A stretch of DNA of 64,000 bases from NCBI GenBank assembly GCA_965235115.1, contig OZ249441.1:16368001-16432000 (forward strand). The letters run 5' to 3'. Origin of the DNA: Laetmonice hystrix (Eukaryota). Below the pieces are notes generated by a model. It saw nothing but the letters and a program-made list of their open reading frames with translations. It did not search any database and was not told the DNA's origin. Of this stretch, positions 28,904 to 39,735 are shown piece after piece; the stretch's first letter is position 1; every line of letters begins with the position of its first letter. The position numbers were made by a program, and so were the translations under genes.

Positions 28904-29032
28904 CAGGGCGGCTCCAATACCCGCCACAAATTGATACTTACTGCGAAAATAACAATTAAAATGAACACAGGGCGGCTCCAATACCTGCCACAAACTCATA
29001 CTTACTGCGAAAATAACAATTAAAATGAACAC
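28904..29032. repeat. 64-bp tandem duplication
   Basis: cagggcggctccaatac...aaaatgaacac begins at 28904 and again at 28968. Confidence 0.9.
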
Positions 29033-30410
29033 TGTATGCAACCTTGATCTTGGTCTTCATGTGTGGTTTTGAATTCTTGCATATTAATAAAATAAAATAC
29101 ATTATAATTCTTTTTACCTTGATAGGAAATGCCATTATGCAGTAATTTAATAAAGACAATCACAAGGTGTTTTTCAGCCCTTAATGAGCCGACCAGAAGC
29201 GATTTCAAGATAATGAAAGAGAGATCAAGAACAAGTTGTCCTTTTATGTTTAAAGGTAAAAAAATAGTTTCGTTTTCTGTCCCCGCGCGCGTCACCTAAA
29301 ACCACCCGCGTCAAGTTTTCTTTTTCAGTAAAAAAATCCAACTGCTTCATATTTGTGGTGTAGCGCTGTGTCAGGAAGATGCAACGGTTCTTTGGCGTGT
29401 GGCGGAGTGTTAGCTATGAGTTTGTCATGTCCTTTATCACAAATATTGAACATCATTGTATTAGTTTTGTTTTCTTCAAGATTTCTTCATGTAGTGGAAC
29501 CCCCTCCCCCCCCCCCCCCCCAGCGCACGGCGCACGGTCCTGCCTATCGACATTGCCATGATTTCGAGGACATTTCGACTGATGAATAAAGACGGTCACC
29601 TAAACAATATCCGAATCGACTGGAGGCTAGAATCTGCGTGAGGTTAAAGGCAAGCCATATTAATATAAGATTTAGAACCAAAACTTCATGAATAACTTCA
29701 TAAATATTGGCTGACATCTTGTCCAAGGTAATTGTCAGGACCAAAAGCCTAGTCTAACAATAACATTTTGAAAAAGTTGGACCTTTTGGACCTTGCCAGA
29801 TTTTGGGTAGGGCACGGGCCGCCTACGGGCCTGCATGCATACTTAGTCCCCATGTTTAGGCCGGGGCCTCGTGGGGAGGACGGGCCGCGCTATGCACTGG
29901 GTAACAACACCTCCAACCCTCCGGCTCCGCCCAGCTTAGGGGCCGGGCATCAGACGGAGGTTTTATCTGCAGCCGGGATGCCGCTCTCAATATGCCGGGA
30001 CAGGCCTGCCTCTGGAGGCGACCGTGTACCGGGGCCACCCGAGCACGAAGCCACGGCAATCGATACAGAAATTACTCGTACCAGTTTTCGATTTTGGCTA
30101 GCGGTACGGAAGCAAAACCGGTTGATGGGCGTACGAGCCGCCTGCTTCCATCGCAGCAACGCTGGAGTGGGGCTTGGTCGGCCTCTCTCCGAGTGAGTCT
30201 GACCGCCCCCGCACACTGCCCTTCTCCCGCCGCCCCGCCCTAGCTACGGCCGCCCCGTGACAGCCACCTGCTGTCTACAACATTACCTAGTCCCTATACC
30301 CACCTCATTGTGGCCACGCGCCGGTCCTAGCTATCCACCTATCCAACACCGCCGAGCACCAGCGTAATATCCTCTGTCATGACACGTAAAGACGCCCACT
30401 AGTAACTAAC

Positions 30411-30470
30411 GGTATCTCCACGCTTCTGTTTCCATCCTTCAAATTTCTCCGCCATCTTACAGGAAGTGGT
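30411..30470 (-). promoter_or_regulatory. YY1-type AAGATGGCGG start context next to an ETS-like GGAAGT, with a candidate 45-nt first coding exon (MAEKFEGWKQKRGDT|gttagt)
   Basis: Plus strand ccgccatcttacaggaagtgg at 30450-30470; ATG at 30455 and donor GT at 30410. No downstream exons identified. Confidence 0.35.
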
Positions 30471-30778
30471 CCCGTGGATGATGGGTAGGGTGGGAAGCCG
30501 TCCACAGCGCGCCCCTTCAGCGTTTCTCGAGAACCAGTCTCTGATCACCAGGGAGAGAGGCTTACCATTGCTTTAGCGCAAGACACGGCAACAACCCCTA
30601 GAACAGGGGGTTCCTATAACTGTATGCTCATCCATGGACCTCCTTTATTGTCCGTAAATATTGGAATAACCAATTGGGGGTTCCCCTCAAATAGGACCTA
30701 CTAGTAGCCGACAGGGGCTATATATAGGAAAAGGGTGCCCCCACCCACCCACACACACATTGAAATGAGGGGACCAGA

Positions 30779-31053
30779 CAAGGGCGGATTCAGGGGGGGG
30801 GGGGGCGAGGGGGCCGCGCCCCCCCCTTTCGTCAGGGTACCAATCAGAAAAAATGCAAAGTTTTGTTGTTTGCAGCTGTAAAAGCAAACATTTTGCTTTC
30901 TCAGAATGGAGGAAATTTCAGGAAATGCCATTTCAGAGACTCTAGATGTTTAAAATTGTCCGGGGGCATGCCCCCGGACCCCCTAATAGGGCTCGCCCCC
31001 CCCTTAATTCAAACCGGCCCCCCCCCTTTTCCAAAATCCTGGATCCGCCCCTG
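30779..31053. mobile_element. Non-autonomous DNA transposon (MITE), 16-bp TIR with CAG..CTG-type ends, 5-bp TSD ccaga
   Basis: Left end caagggcggattcagg, right end cctggatccgcccctg (2 mismatches); ccaga at 30774-30778 and 31054-31058. Confidence 0.8.
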
Positions 31054-31469
31054 CCAGAGTAATGTTTTGCCCGCCCCCCTTTTTGGCTCAAGAAAAGTAT
31101 ACGTTATAAACCTCAATAAACGCAGGTTTATCATAATTACCAGTAAAGGACATAGCCTACCCATCATTTTGTTATGTCGACTGTTGATCCCCTGCTCCTC
31201 CCAGAGTCCTCTATGGACCGTTTATTGTAGCTTAGCATCCATGTAATCCCGATAATGATGTAACTTTTTATGTTTCGTCAAACTGATCGACCTTCCCGTA
31301 CGCGACTGGGGACGGAACAATGATTTTTCATTTCATATCCAAGGTGGAAGCAGTCGTTATTTGCTTCACTTGGAAAACAAACAATCAGGGTTCCATGTCA
31401 GTATTGTCAGCATGCCAAGGAAATCGCTCTTCAAGATAAGGATGTGGAGTCACAATTTATTGACCCAAT

Positions 31470-31720
31470 AACTTAATTATAATTACCTGGGTGTAACCTG
31501 AAAGAAACAGGATTCTTGGCTGGACACATATTATGTCTATATACCTTATCAGGTTAACAAACCTGAAGATAGCTACAACGAAGACTGTACGTTCGTAACG
31601 AGCACTGTTCGTAATAGATTTAGGCCTACCTAGGCCCATAATGCAAGAAGACAGTTCATGTTCCCAAATCAGTTTCTCCGCGATACTTGGGAAATAAAAG
31701 GTGGTCAAACAATGTCGCAT
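31470..31720 (-). mobile_element. Possible LINE ORF2 extreme C-terminal remnant
   Basis: ITNSARYERTVFVVAIFRFVN weakly resembles the RT..Y..SF.P.AI..WN tail of L2/CR1 ORF2. Confidence 0.25.
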
Positions 31721-31914
31721 CAGGGGAAAGTTGACTTGGGGGAGGGGGTCCTCCGAATGGTCCTATAATAATATGTAATCACACGCAATGACCCTTTATT
31801 GTCCATGCATGGTTGAATTGAATAAGCGAAATCATCATGAGATCATTCAATAATTATATTTTGTAACAAGCTAATTGGTGCTTGACCAAATGTTTTAATA
31901 GATAATCGGCTTCA

Positions 31915-32048
31915 TTTCGGTTACATACCATAACGACCTTCCTAGAAGGGTTAGTACATTTCGGTTACATACCATACTATAACGACCTTCCTAGAAGGGT
32001 TAGTACATTTCGGTTACATACTATAACGACCTTCATAGAAGGGTTAGT
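31915..32048. repeat. Three tandem ~44-49-bp units (catttcggttacatac..ataacgaccttcctagaagggttag)
   Basis: Direct repeats, each with a small ccttc/gaagg hairpin. Confidence 0.9.
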
Positions 32049-32067
32049 AGCCTACATTTTGGGTTAT

Positions 32068-32253
32068 TCCCCCACGGTAACTTCCAGTCCCAGACAAAAT
32101 TTTTGGGTAAGCGTTCGGGTTAAGGTCAGGGATAGGGATAGGGATATTATGACTTTGGGAGATGTAGGGACCGAGTTATAGGAGTTAGGGATAAGGTCAG
32201 GGCTAATCTTTACTTCCGACAAAATTTCTTATGTTTGAAGTTACCACGGGGGA
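32068..32253. mobile_element. MITE-like element with 17-bp imperfect TIR and internal telomere-like (ttaggg/ataggg/tcaggg) repeats
   Basis: tcccccacggtaacttc (32068-32084) pairs with gaagttaccacggggga (32237-32253), 2 mismatches. Confidence 0.55.
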
Positions 32254-32401
32254 TGACATACAACATTTTGACGAGGACTTTTGAGGGTTGCTGAAAGGCG
32301 GTACCCATACAATGCGCCAGGTGTCGCCTCAACCTGACCTTCTAGTACAGGCAAGCGCCACTAGTCTCCATCCAGCCTCAAAGTAAGCTTACTCTGAGAC
32401 G

Positions 32402-35400
32402 CTACGCCTGCGCCGCAGCAGACGATGGGGCAGAACTCCCTGGACACGTTTGTTGGTCTGCTACGAATGTTCCGTATTTATTCTGTAAATTGAAAAAGAT
32501 AAACAGATGCAATAATAGATACAGGGTGGCCCCAAGTCCATGTGCACCACTGATTTTTGCACGAACAGATAGATAGACCCGGAGCAAAGAGGCTTACTGA
32601 TCCCAATGGTTCAAATTTGTTAAACACAACATTTGTCCTTGGCCATGGAGAGTAGGTCCATACGTTGTGTGTAATCAAAGTAGTATACCGTGGTGTATAT
32701 TCTTCTCTTATTTTAATAGAATAACATCATGATCTGGCATTAAAAAACGACTTGAACCTGCATGCTTACATTGTTAATGACATCGGCTTTAATCAACTTG
32801 TATTTCCGACTTTCGACGTGCTTGAAGAAAACACAGAGAAAGGAATACGCTGCCAGGAGGACGGCCATTCCCCGATACATCCAGCCAAAACCTAGCACCT
32901 GGAGTAGGAGGCCGCCAGCCAACGGTCCTGCAACCAAAGACATCACCAAATTAATATATTCCTGGGCTTCCATGAATGATAGATTACTCTATACTCGAGC
33001 TATCACAGCGTTTCACACCCCTAATTAATAAACAGATTATCCAGAATTATATTTCTCGAACATAACCACGGCGGCTAATCGTATAGGCTAGGGCCTATAC
33101 ACCTGGATGTGGTAGGCCTATAATTAAATAACCTTTTTCTTTTTATCATCTTGAACCAAAATAGCTCATTACTTTAAGATAGAGGTGCCGTAGATTTAGA
33201 TTTATTGAACGAAACAACTCCCAAGAGGCAGAACCTGATCAATGGGTAAGCCTACCGACGACGAGTCCGAGGTTGTATGATGCCGTGTACAATCCATAGA
33301 GGGCGCCATAGTCGCCCTGGTGGCGGAGATCAGAGAGATAGGCGAGGAGTGGGCTGAGGGCGGCCAGGATAGCTCCGAGCCCCGCACGGGTCAAACTCTC
33401 CGGCCCCAACACGTGCCACGTCCGCATACACAACGGGTACTGACCACACAGACACACACAGAGTAATAAAGGCGCCAATCTCCCAAGCTATAATTGCGAC
33501 ATCCATGCGATATGACGTCAGGTTTTCATTTCATTTTGTTTTTAAAGAATCTATACTGCACATTCACCAAGGACCAAGGATTTCAGGAACGGAATGTGGG
33601 GGCCTGGGTCGGTCCGTATATGTTGGAGATTTAGTGTTGATCAAACAACAATTATAAAGTTTAATATTGGAACTATCGTCGAGAAAGGGGTCCCTGGGCT
33701 GTACTCTACCTATAACAAGAAAGTGGGAGCGGGAAGGCGGGATGATAAGCTGAATATGGTTCGGGTTTCTCATCCTTTTTCTGGCTATATAATAACGAAC
33801 AAGTCGGTACCGTTGCATATCCGATGGCCGTCAGAAGAAGTCCGGCCATACAGAACTTCCATCTAGAAAAAGAAAGTAAAAGAAATATGACTAAAAATCA
33901 ACAAAAGGGAGTTAGGAAGGGATCATTGATCACACCACGCCCATGATATCAATGCATCAACAAAATCTTGAACGCGCCTAGTTGCACTGATCCGCCACAC
34001 GCGTTGGCCTAAACAGTCGTTCTAAATTTTTAAGATATAATATATTAAAACGGTGAACTATTCTATTTTAAAAAAAATACAGTAGGCCTACCTGCCACAC
34101 CTGACCGAGTACATTGCGGCAAGAAATTGCGCTCCAAACTGAAAAATTGCTCCAAAGACCAGGACAACCCCTGTCAACAAAATTAAAGTAATTACTGGGA
34201 CAAGCTAAAGATTACGATTGCATGCAGAGAAACGACAGTGCCTTCACTCCCGCATACAGGCACACATTGTGTATAACAACAGATAAAGTGGGAGGCTGAG
34301 ATTCCCACAGACATTCTCCTGAAGTATACTGATCCTGAAGTATATAGCTATAAATAAATGGGAGAAAGACAGAAGGAGACGCTAGTCGTACCGACATGCC
34401 ACTGTTCTGCCTTCAGGTTGCCCCTCATCCAGGCCGCCTGGGTCGCTATCACCATACCCAGCCCTATGTGTTCCATGAGGTTGATACCTGCCGGATTAAG
34501 TAAGAGATAACGTCAGTCATACAACAAACCCCCTTTCCGTGTAGCATTATCCATTCACTACGAAATACCGCCAATTCTACTGGATTTTTACTTACCTAAC
34601 CATTCACCTATTCATTTTTATTAAAAGTTTTATTAAAATATTTACGGTTATGATGACTATTCTGTTTGCGAGTACGTGTAGCATTGAGGTGTTACCCAGA
34701 CAGAGTACTGGAGGAGTTTTATTAACATATTTACGGTTATGATGACTATTTTGTTTGCGAGTACGTGTAGCATTGAGGTGTTACCCAGACAGAGTAGAAT
34801 GTAAGGATCAGTGAGGAGTAGAATCCACCGCCGGCAGGCTGATAGAGTGCTAAGTTTATCGGCCTCGTTCGGCCGGCCATCGGGCATGACGACCACCAAT
34901 CGGAGCACTGGAACCGCAGTCAGTCAGTGAACGAGCCAGTCAATTAGCAGTTTTTCACCCCATATATTCAGGGCGAGAATGAAACCACGGGCAGTACTAA
35001 CTGGACACGTATAATGCCAATATATCCCACCACCTCATATTATCATGATCCAAGTATTTTTATTGATCTCGCCTCAGTTGCCTCTATGCGTATACATGTT
35101 GAAAAAGTGAGTTTCAAATTGGAGCCTGTCTTGTTTAATACTGATTCATAAATACATTGTGGTTCACTTACATACGTCAAGAGTAAAGGTATTGTGCCTA
35201 TCCTCGAGACCAAGCGAAAGGACAAAAGTGTGGCCCTGTCTCCCCTAAAAACTGTATATGATCACGGTCCACACAAGAAACATGAATATCTCTAGGAGCA
35301 CCCAACCCACTCACCTCCGTCCACCACCATTAACGCGGCGATTATGAGAAAAGGTGCGGGTCTCCCCAGGAACTGGAAACACGTACTACCCAGAGGAAAT

Positions 35401-38400
35401 CCCACTGAAATTATACCAATCAAATCACATGAAATACTAACGTTCTGGTAGATTTGATGGAATAAATATGATGATACCAGGCCTACTGAATATGATACCA
35501 GGCCTACTGAATATGATACCAGGCCTACTGAATATGATACCAGGCCTACTGAGTATGATACCAGGCCTACTGAATATGATACCAGGCCTACTGAATATGA
35601 TACCAGGCCTACTGAATATGATACCAGGCCTACTGAACATGATACCAGGCCTACTGAATAATGACACCAGGCCTACTGAATATGATACCAGGCCTACTGA
35701 AAAGGCTTTTGAAGACATATGAAATATACAGTGGTGCTTACCTATGATACCAACAGACAGACCACCAAACGCTATTCCATTTGCCCAGGTTCTCTCCGCT
35801 TCATTTTGAAAGGCACAAGCTAGAAGTGCCAACCCTTAACAAAGAATATTAAATTCAACCATATTCCAAGTTATGCAACATCAATCAATTATCTTTTACA
35901 ACAGAGCATGCAAATACCTACTTTTAGTAAAAACGCATAATTACGCTAGATATTTTTCTGTTCTTTTTTGCCTGTCACTAACAGATATCTACTTAAATTC
36001 ATCATACCCGGTAACCTCATAGCACATGCACATAAACTGTTTTATCCAGCTATAAAGTAGACTAATGCTACTGTAGCTTTGCCATTTGCTGGATGGCCTC
36101 CTGGAGTAGATCAGAATTCTCCTGCCTCCTGTAGAGGTAAATGTCAATGATCCAAGGCCACAACATCACTTAGATCATATCGTCAAGAACCCTGTGACCT
36201 CTATGTACAATAATGGGGACGCGGCGTTCCTACCAGAGATGACCGTCAGGCTCGATCCGATGGCTTGGATCACCCTCATGGCCACCAGGAATCCAAAGTG
36301 GTCGACCCAAGCGAAACCTGGCGGGAGACGCCAGACAATCGCATTACTCATGCGGCAGAGGCGAATACAGGATCATGCACGGCCACTGTAACAGATTTCT
36401 AGGTCCCGCGGAAATGCAGGTCCGATGGACCTGCTAGCCCTAAAATATAGACTGCAAATCCGACGGATCTGCATTCCTAGGACTTCAAGTCCTTGATGTC
36501 CTACATGTCGCTGCCTTTCTGGCGAACCGTCCAATATGGGGGTTTTGGCGAAATTGAGTTTAGTAGATTCTTAATAATTTTGAAGAAATCTGTAATCCCT
36601 GAAAATTTCATTACCCTTCGGGCGAATATGAATTGTCTTCGATTTACTTTTCGGTGAACCGTCGAATATTCATATTCGACGGTTCTCCGAAATTATTTGT
36701 ACGTACTTGATAATTTTTTTTACGGCGAACCGGCGAATATAGAAATCATGCCCAAATAAGGTAATGATATGAGCAGTGATCACGTATGGTTTCCATAGCA
36801 ACACGTCGAATATTCACGGGCGAGATACAAGTTTTCCGGCGAACCGTCGAATATGCGTCGAATATGACATAAAGTCACGTAGAACTTTTCCGGGACTTGG
36901 ATCGCACCTGTTATCTCCCCACATTAACATGACAGGGCTAGAGATTCTCGTTTTTTTTTTTTTTTTTTTTTTTTTTTGGGGGGGGGGGGGGGGGCTGGGA
37001 TTAAGGAATAGAATTATGTTTTTCAGGTTCTTACCACTATACTTGGTGGAGAAGTCACCATGGAGTTTTAAGATTTACCACGGGGCCCAGTCCAACATGC
37101 GAAGTTAGGGACCAAGTGACTTTCTCATCAGACGGGCAATCCCTCCCCCACATTGCTTCCCCCACACACTGTTCTTTCTTTAATTGAAAACTTACCCAAA
37201 CTGACGGGAAAGAGTCTGACTAAAAACAGGGGCAAAACCATAGGCTCTTCAAGTGCATTAGAGATCACTTACCGAGGGTGGCGACGAAATTACATACACA
37301 TCCTCCTACCATCGGCCCTTTGTGACCATACCTGAGAAACCAAACAAATCAGTATGTCACATATCGTACCATCGGCCCATTGTGACCATACCTGAGAAAC
37401 CAAACAAATCAGTATGTCACATATCGTACCATCGGCCCATTGTGACCATACCTGAGAAACCAAACAAATCAGTATGTCACATATCGTACCATCGGCCCTT
37501 TGTGACCATACCTGAGAAACCAAACAAATCAGTATGTCACATATCGTACCATCGGCCCTTTGTGACCATACCTGAGAAACCAAACAAATCAGTATGTCAC
37601 ATATCGTACCATCGGCCCTTTGTGACCGTACCTGAGAAACCAAACAAGACAGTATGTCACATATCGTACCATCGGCCCTTTGTGACCGTACCAGAGAAAC
37701 CAAACAAATCAGTATGTCACATATCGTACCATCGGCCCTTTGTGACCGTACCTGAGATACCAAACAAATCAGTATGTCACATATCGTACCATCGGCCCTT
37801 TGTGACCATACCTGAGAAACCAAACAAATCAGTATGTCACAATATCGTACCATCGACCCATTGTGACCATACCTGAGATACCAAACAAATCACTATGTCA
37901 CATATCGTACCATCGGCCCTTTGTGACCGTACCAGAGAAACCAAACAAATCAGTATGTCACACATGCTCCTACCATCGGCCCTGTGTGACCATACCTGAG
38001 ATACCAAACAAATCAGTATGTCACATATCATACCATGGGCCCTTTGTGACCATACCTGAGATACCAAACAAATTAGTAAATTAATCAGGTACCTCCCCCC
38101 ATTTTAAAATCAGGTTATAAATCATATATCAATAAATTATCAGTTTACTATAGACAATATTGAGTAGAGGGACGAAATCTTCCATGTATAATGTAATTTC
38201 TCAGTTCACAAGTTTATAGGTCCCCCTGGCACCTTTAGATATTGATGTCTTTTACAGGACCAAAGTGAGAAAAGGTCACCGATTGCTTGCCTGTCGACAA
38301 CAAATCCTATGAGGATATTGGCGAGGATTTCTGTGGCTGGCTTGGCGGCTATTATCATACCAGCCCGCCGTGTGGTATGAAGGATAGTTGAGTTGACGGC

Positions 38401-38975
38401 GACCGTCGTGCCATCGGCCGTCAGACTGGCGTTAAGGGGCCGTCTAGTGAGTTCGATACGATGGAGGATATCCGGCAAACTGGGTTCTGGACAGTGGGGT
38501 TAAAATACATGGCAAAATATCACTCGCAGTGTTATACATACATATACATCCTATATAAATGCGCATAGGTAGATTCAGAATTATTTTTATTGGAAGGAGA
38601 CATTATTATTGATCTCCGATACTTTGTATGAGCACGCACTTTCACACATTACGAAATTACATACATACGACATAATCCTTCGAGTCTAGACGAACGGAGG
38701 CAAATTGATACAGGACTACAGGAGGTCATCTGATGGGACGAACTGTAATATGCCTACCTAGCCCTAAGTGATGGACGTACGGGAGATGCTCATACTAATT
38801 CTGTTAATCGATGGGACATGTGAACATTTATAAAGTGTGATTACGACGAACATTCCTTACCAAGGGTTGTAAGCATGACGAGATCCAACATCATTGCGAT
38901 GAATACCACCACGATTACAAGAGTTTGTGACCGGCGTATATCGTAGCACCACCTACTGATGGGAAGGAAGGGCAT
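32402..38975 (-). CDS. Divergent SLC18A-family (vesicular amine/acetylcholine transporter-like) MFS transporter, 13 exons, about 469 aa
   Basis: Phase-consistent exons: 38975-38861, 38486-38291 (GC donor), 37331-37273, 36317-36234, 35834-35742, 35404-35315, 34907-34785, 34487-34392, 34170-34092, 33862-33811, 33439-33256, 32927-32770, 32482-32402 (1410 nt). Motifs align to VMAT by eye: ISRWCYDIRRSQTLVIVVVFIAMMLD, AAKPATEILAN, VDRYG, MRVIQAIGSS, APFLIIAALMVVDG, LLTDPYILL, LAYLSDLRH..YG.LY, VVGPLAGG. Confidence 0.9.
34626..34796. repeat. 89-bp tandem duplication spanning the exon-7 donor of the transporter
   Basis: agttttatta...ttacccagacagagta at 34626-34707 and 34715-34796. Confidence 0.9.
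35466..35700. repeat. 21-bp minisatellite (atatgataccaggcctactga), about 11 copies, in transporter intron 5
   Basis: Direct tandem periodicity. Confidence 0.95.
37320..38072. repeat. 60-bp minisatellite, about 13 copies, made of the intron-2/exon-3 junction of the transporter
   Basis: tgtgacc recurs at 37321, 37381 ... 37801, 37862, 37922 and onward. The minus-strand unit is tactgatttgtttggtttctcag|GTATGGTCACAAAGGGCCGATG|gtacgatatgtgaca. Confidence 0.97.
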
Positions 38976-39308
38976 GGCGTCGCATGGGGAGGTCTTGATT
39001 GAAGTAACAACACAAACCCATGTTACAACGACACATGACACTGCCCACCAGCTGGTTATTAGAAACCCTTCATCAATATTGACAAATGACTCCAGTCTTA
39101 ACGGATCGTTCTTTAATTAGGTAATGCCGGGTCGTAATTTATTATGAGGCATGTTCATTAATTCGCGCTGAAGTTTTTGAGTTCAATTATTCTTACAAAA
39201 ATTCAACATTCAACTGTGGAACAGTAGAAATCAAGAGACAACGAAATTTGTGCCAGAATACATTCAGATGGTACCTCAGGAACACAAACAAGATTCACTT
39301 ACGATAGT

Positions 39309-39579
39309 CAGTGGCGGATCCGGGATTTCAGAAAAGAGGGGGCCCAACTTTTGTTGGATAATCAGTGGCGCATTTTCGGGGGGCCTGGGGACCTTCCCCC
39401 AGAATTTTTTTTCAGGAACGCCGGAAACATGTTTTCTGTAGGCGTACATGTAGAGTAGAAATTTCTCCCACATTTTTCAACGAACTTCCATTATTTTTAA
39501 GCATGAAACATAGAAAATAGAGAGTTTGGAGTTTGGAAAATAGGGGGCCCGGGCCGGGTGCCCCCTGGATCCGCCACTG
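39309..39579. mobile_element. Non-autonomous DNA transposon (MITE), TIR cagtggcggatcc, 5-bp TSD atagt
   Basis: cagtggcggatccggg ... cctggatccgccactg; atagt at 39304-39308 and 39580-39584; TIR related to the 30779 element. Confidence 0.85.
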
Positions 39580-39656
39580 ATAGTGGCCTAACATGAAGAA
39601 TATGTGATTCAGTTTTGGTCATATTCATATTCTATTACCACTTGCAAGCTGTGGCA

Positions 39657-39735
39657 GTCATTGTGAACTATGACGGTCATTGTGAACTATGACGGTCATT
39701 GTGAACTATGACGGTCATTGTGAACTATGACGGTC
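39657..39735. repeat. 19-bp tandem repeat x4 (gtcattgtgaactatgacg)
   Basis: Four identical units. Confidence 0.95.

Noticed and set aside
31915-32048. CRISPR-like appearance of palindromic direct repeats, here and in other arrays
   Set aside because: Units are contiguous with no unique spacers, there are no cas genes, and the context is eukaryotic.
33564-33866. ORFs and an exon-like segment (PHSVPEILGPW) inside the transporter
   Set aside because: Contains an in-frame stop; exon 10 (ending 33811) joins 33439 in phase and restores the VMAT alignment without it.
37290-38084. Repeat ORFs of 184-187 aa
   Set aside because: Artefacts of the 60-bp array; only 37331-37273 fits the transporter reading frame.
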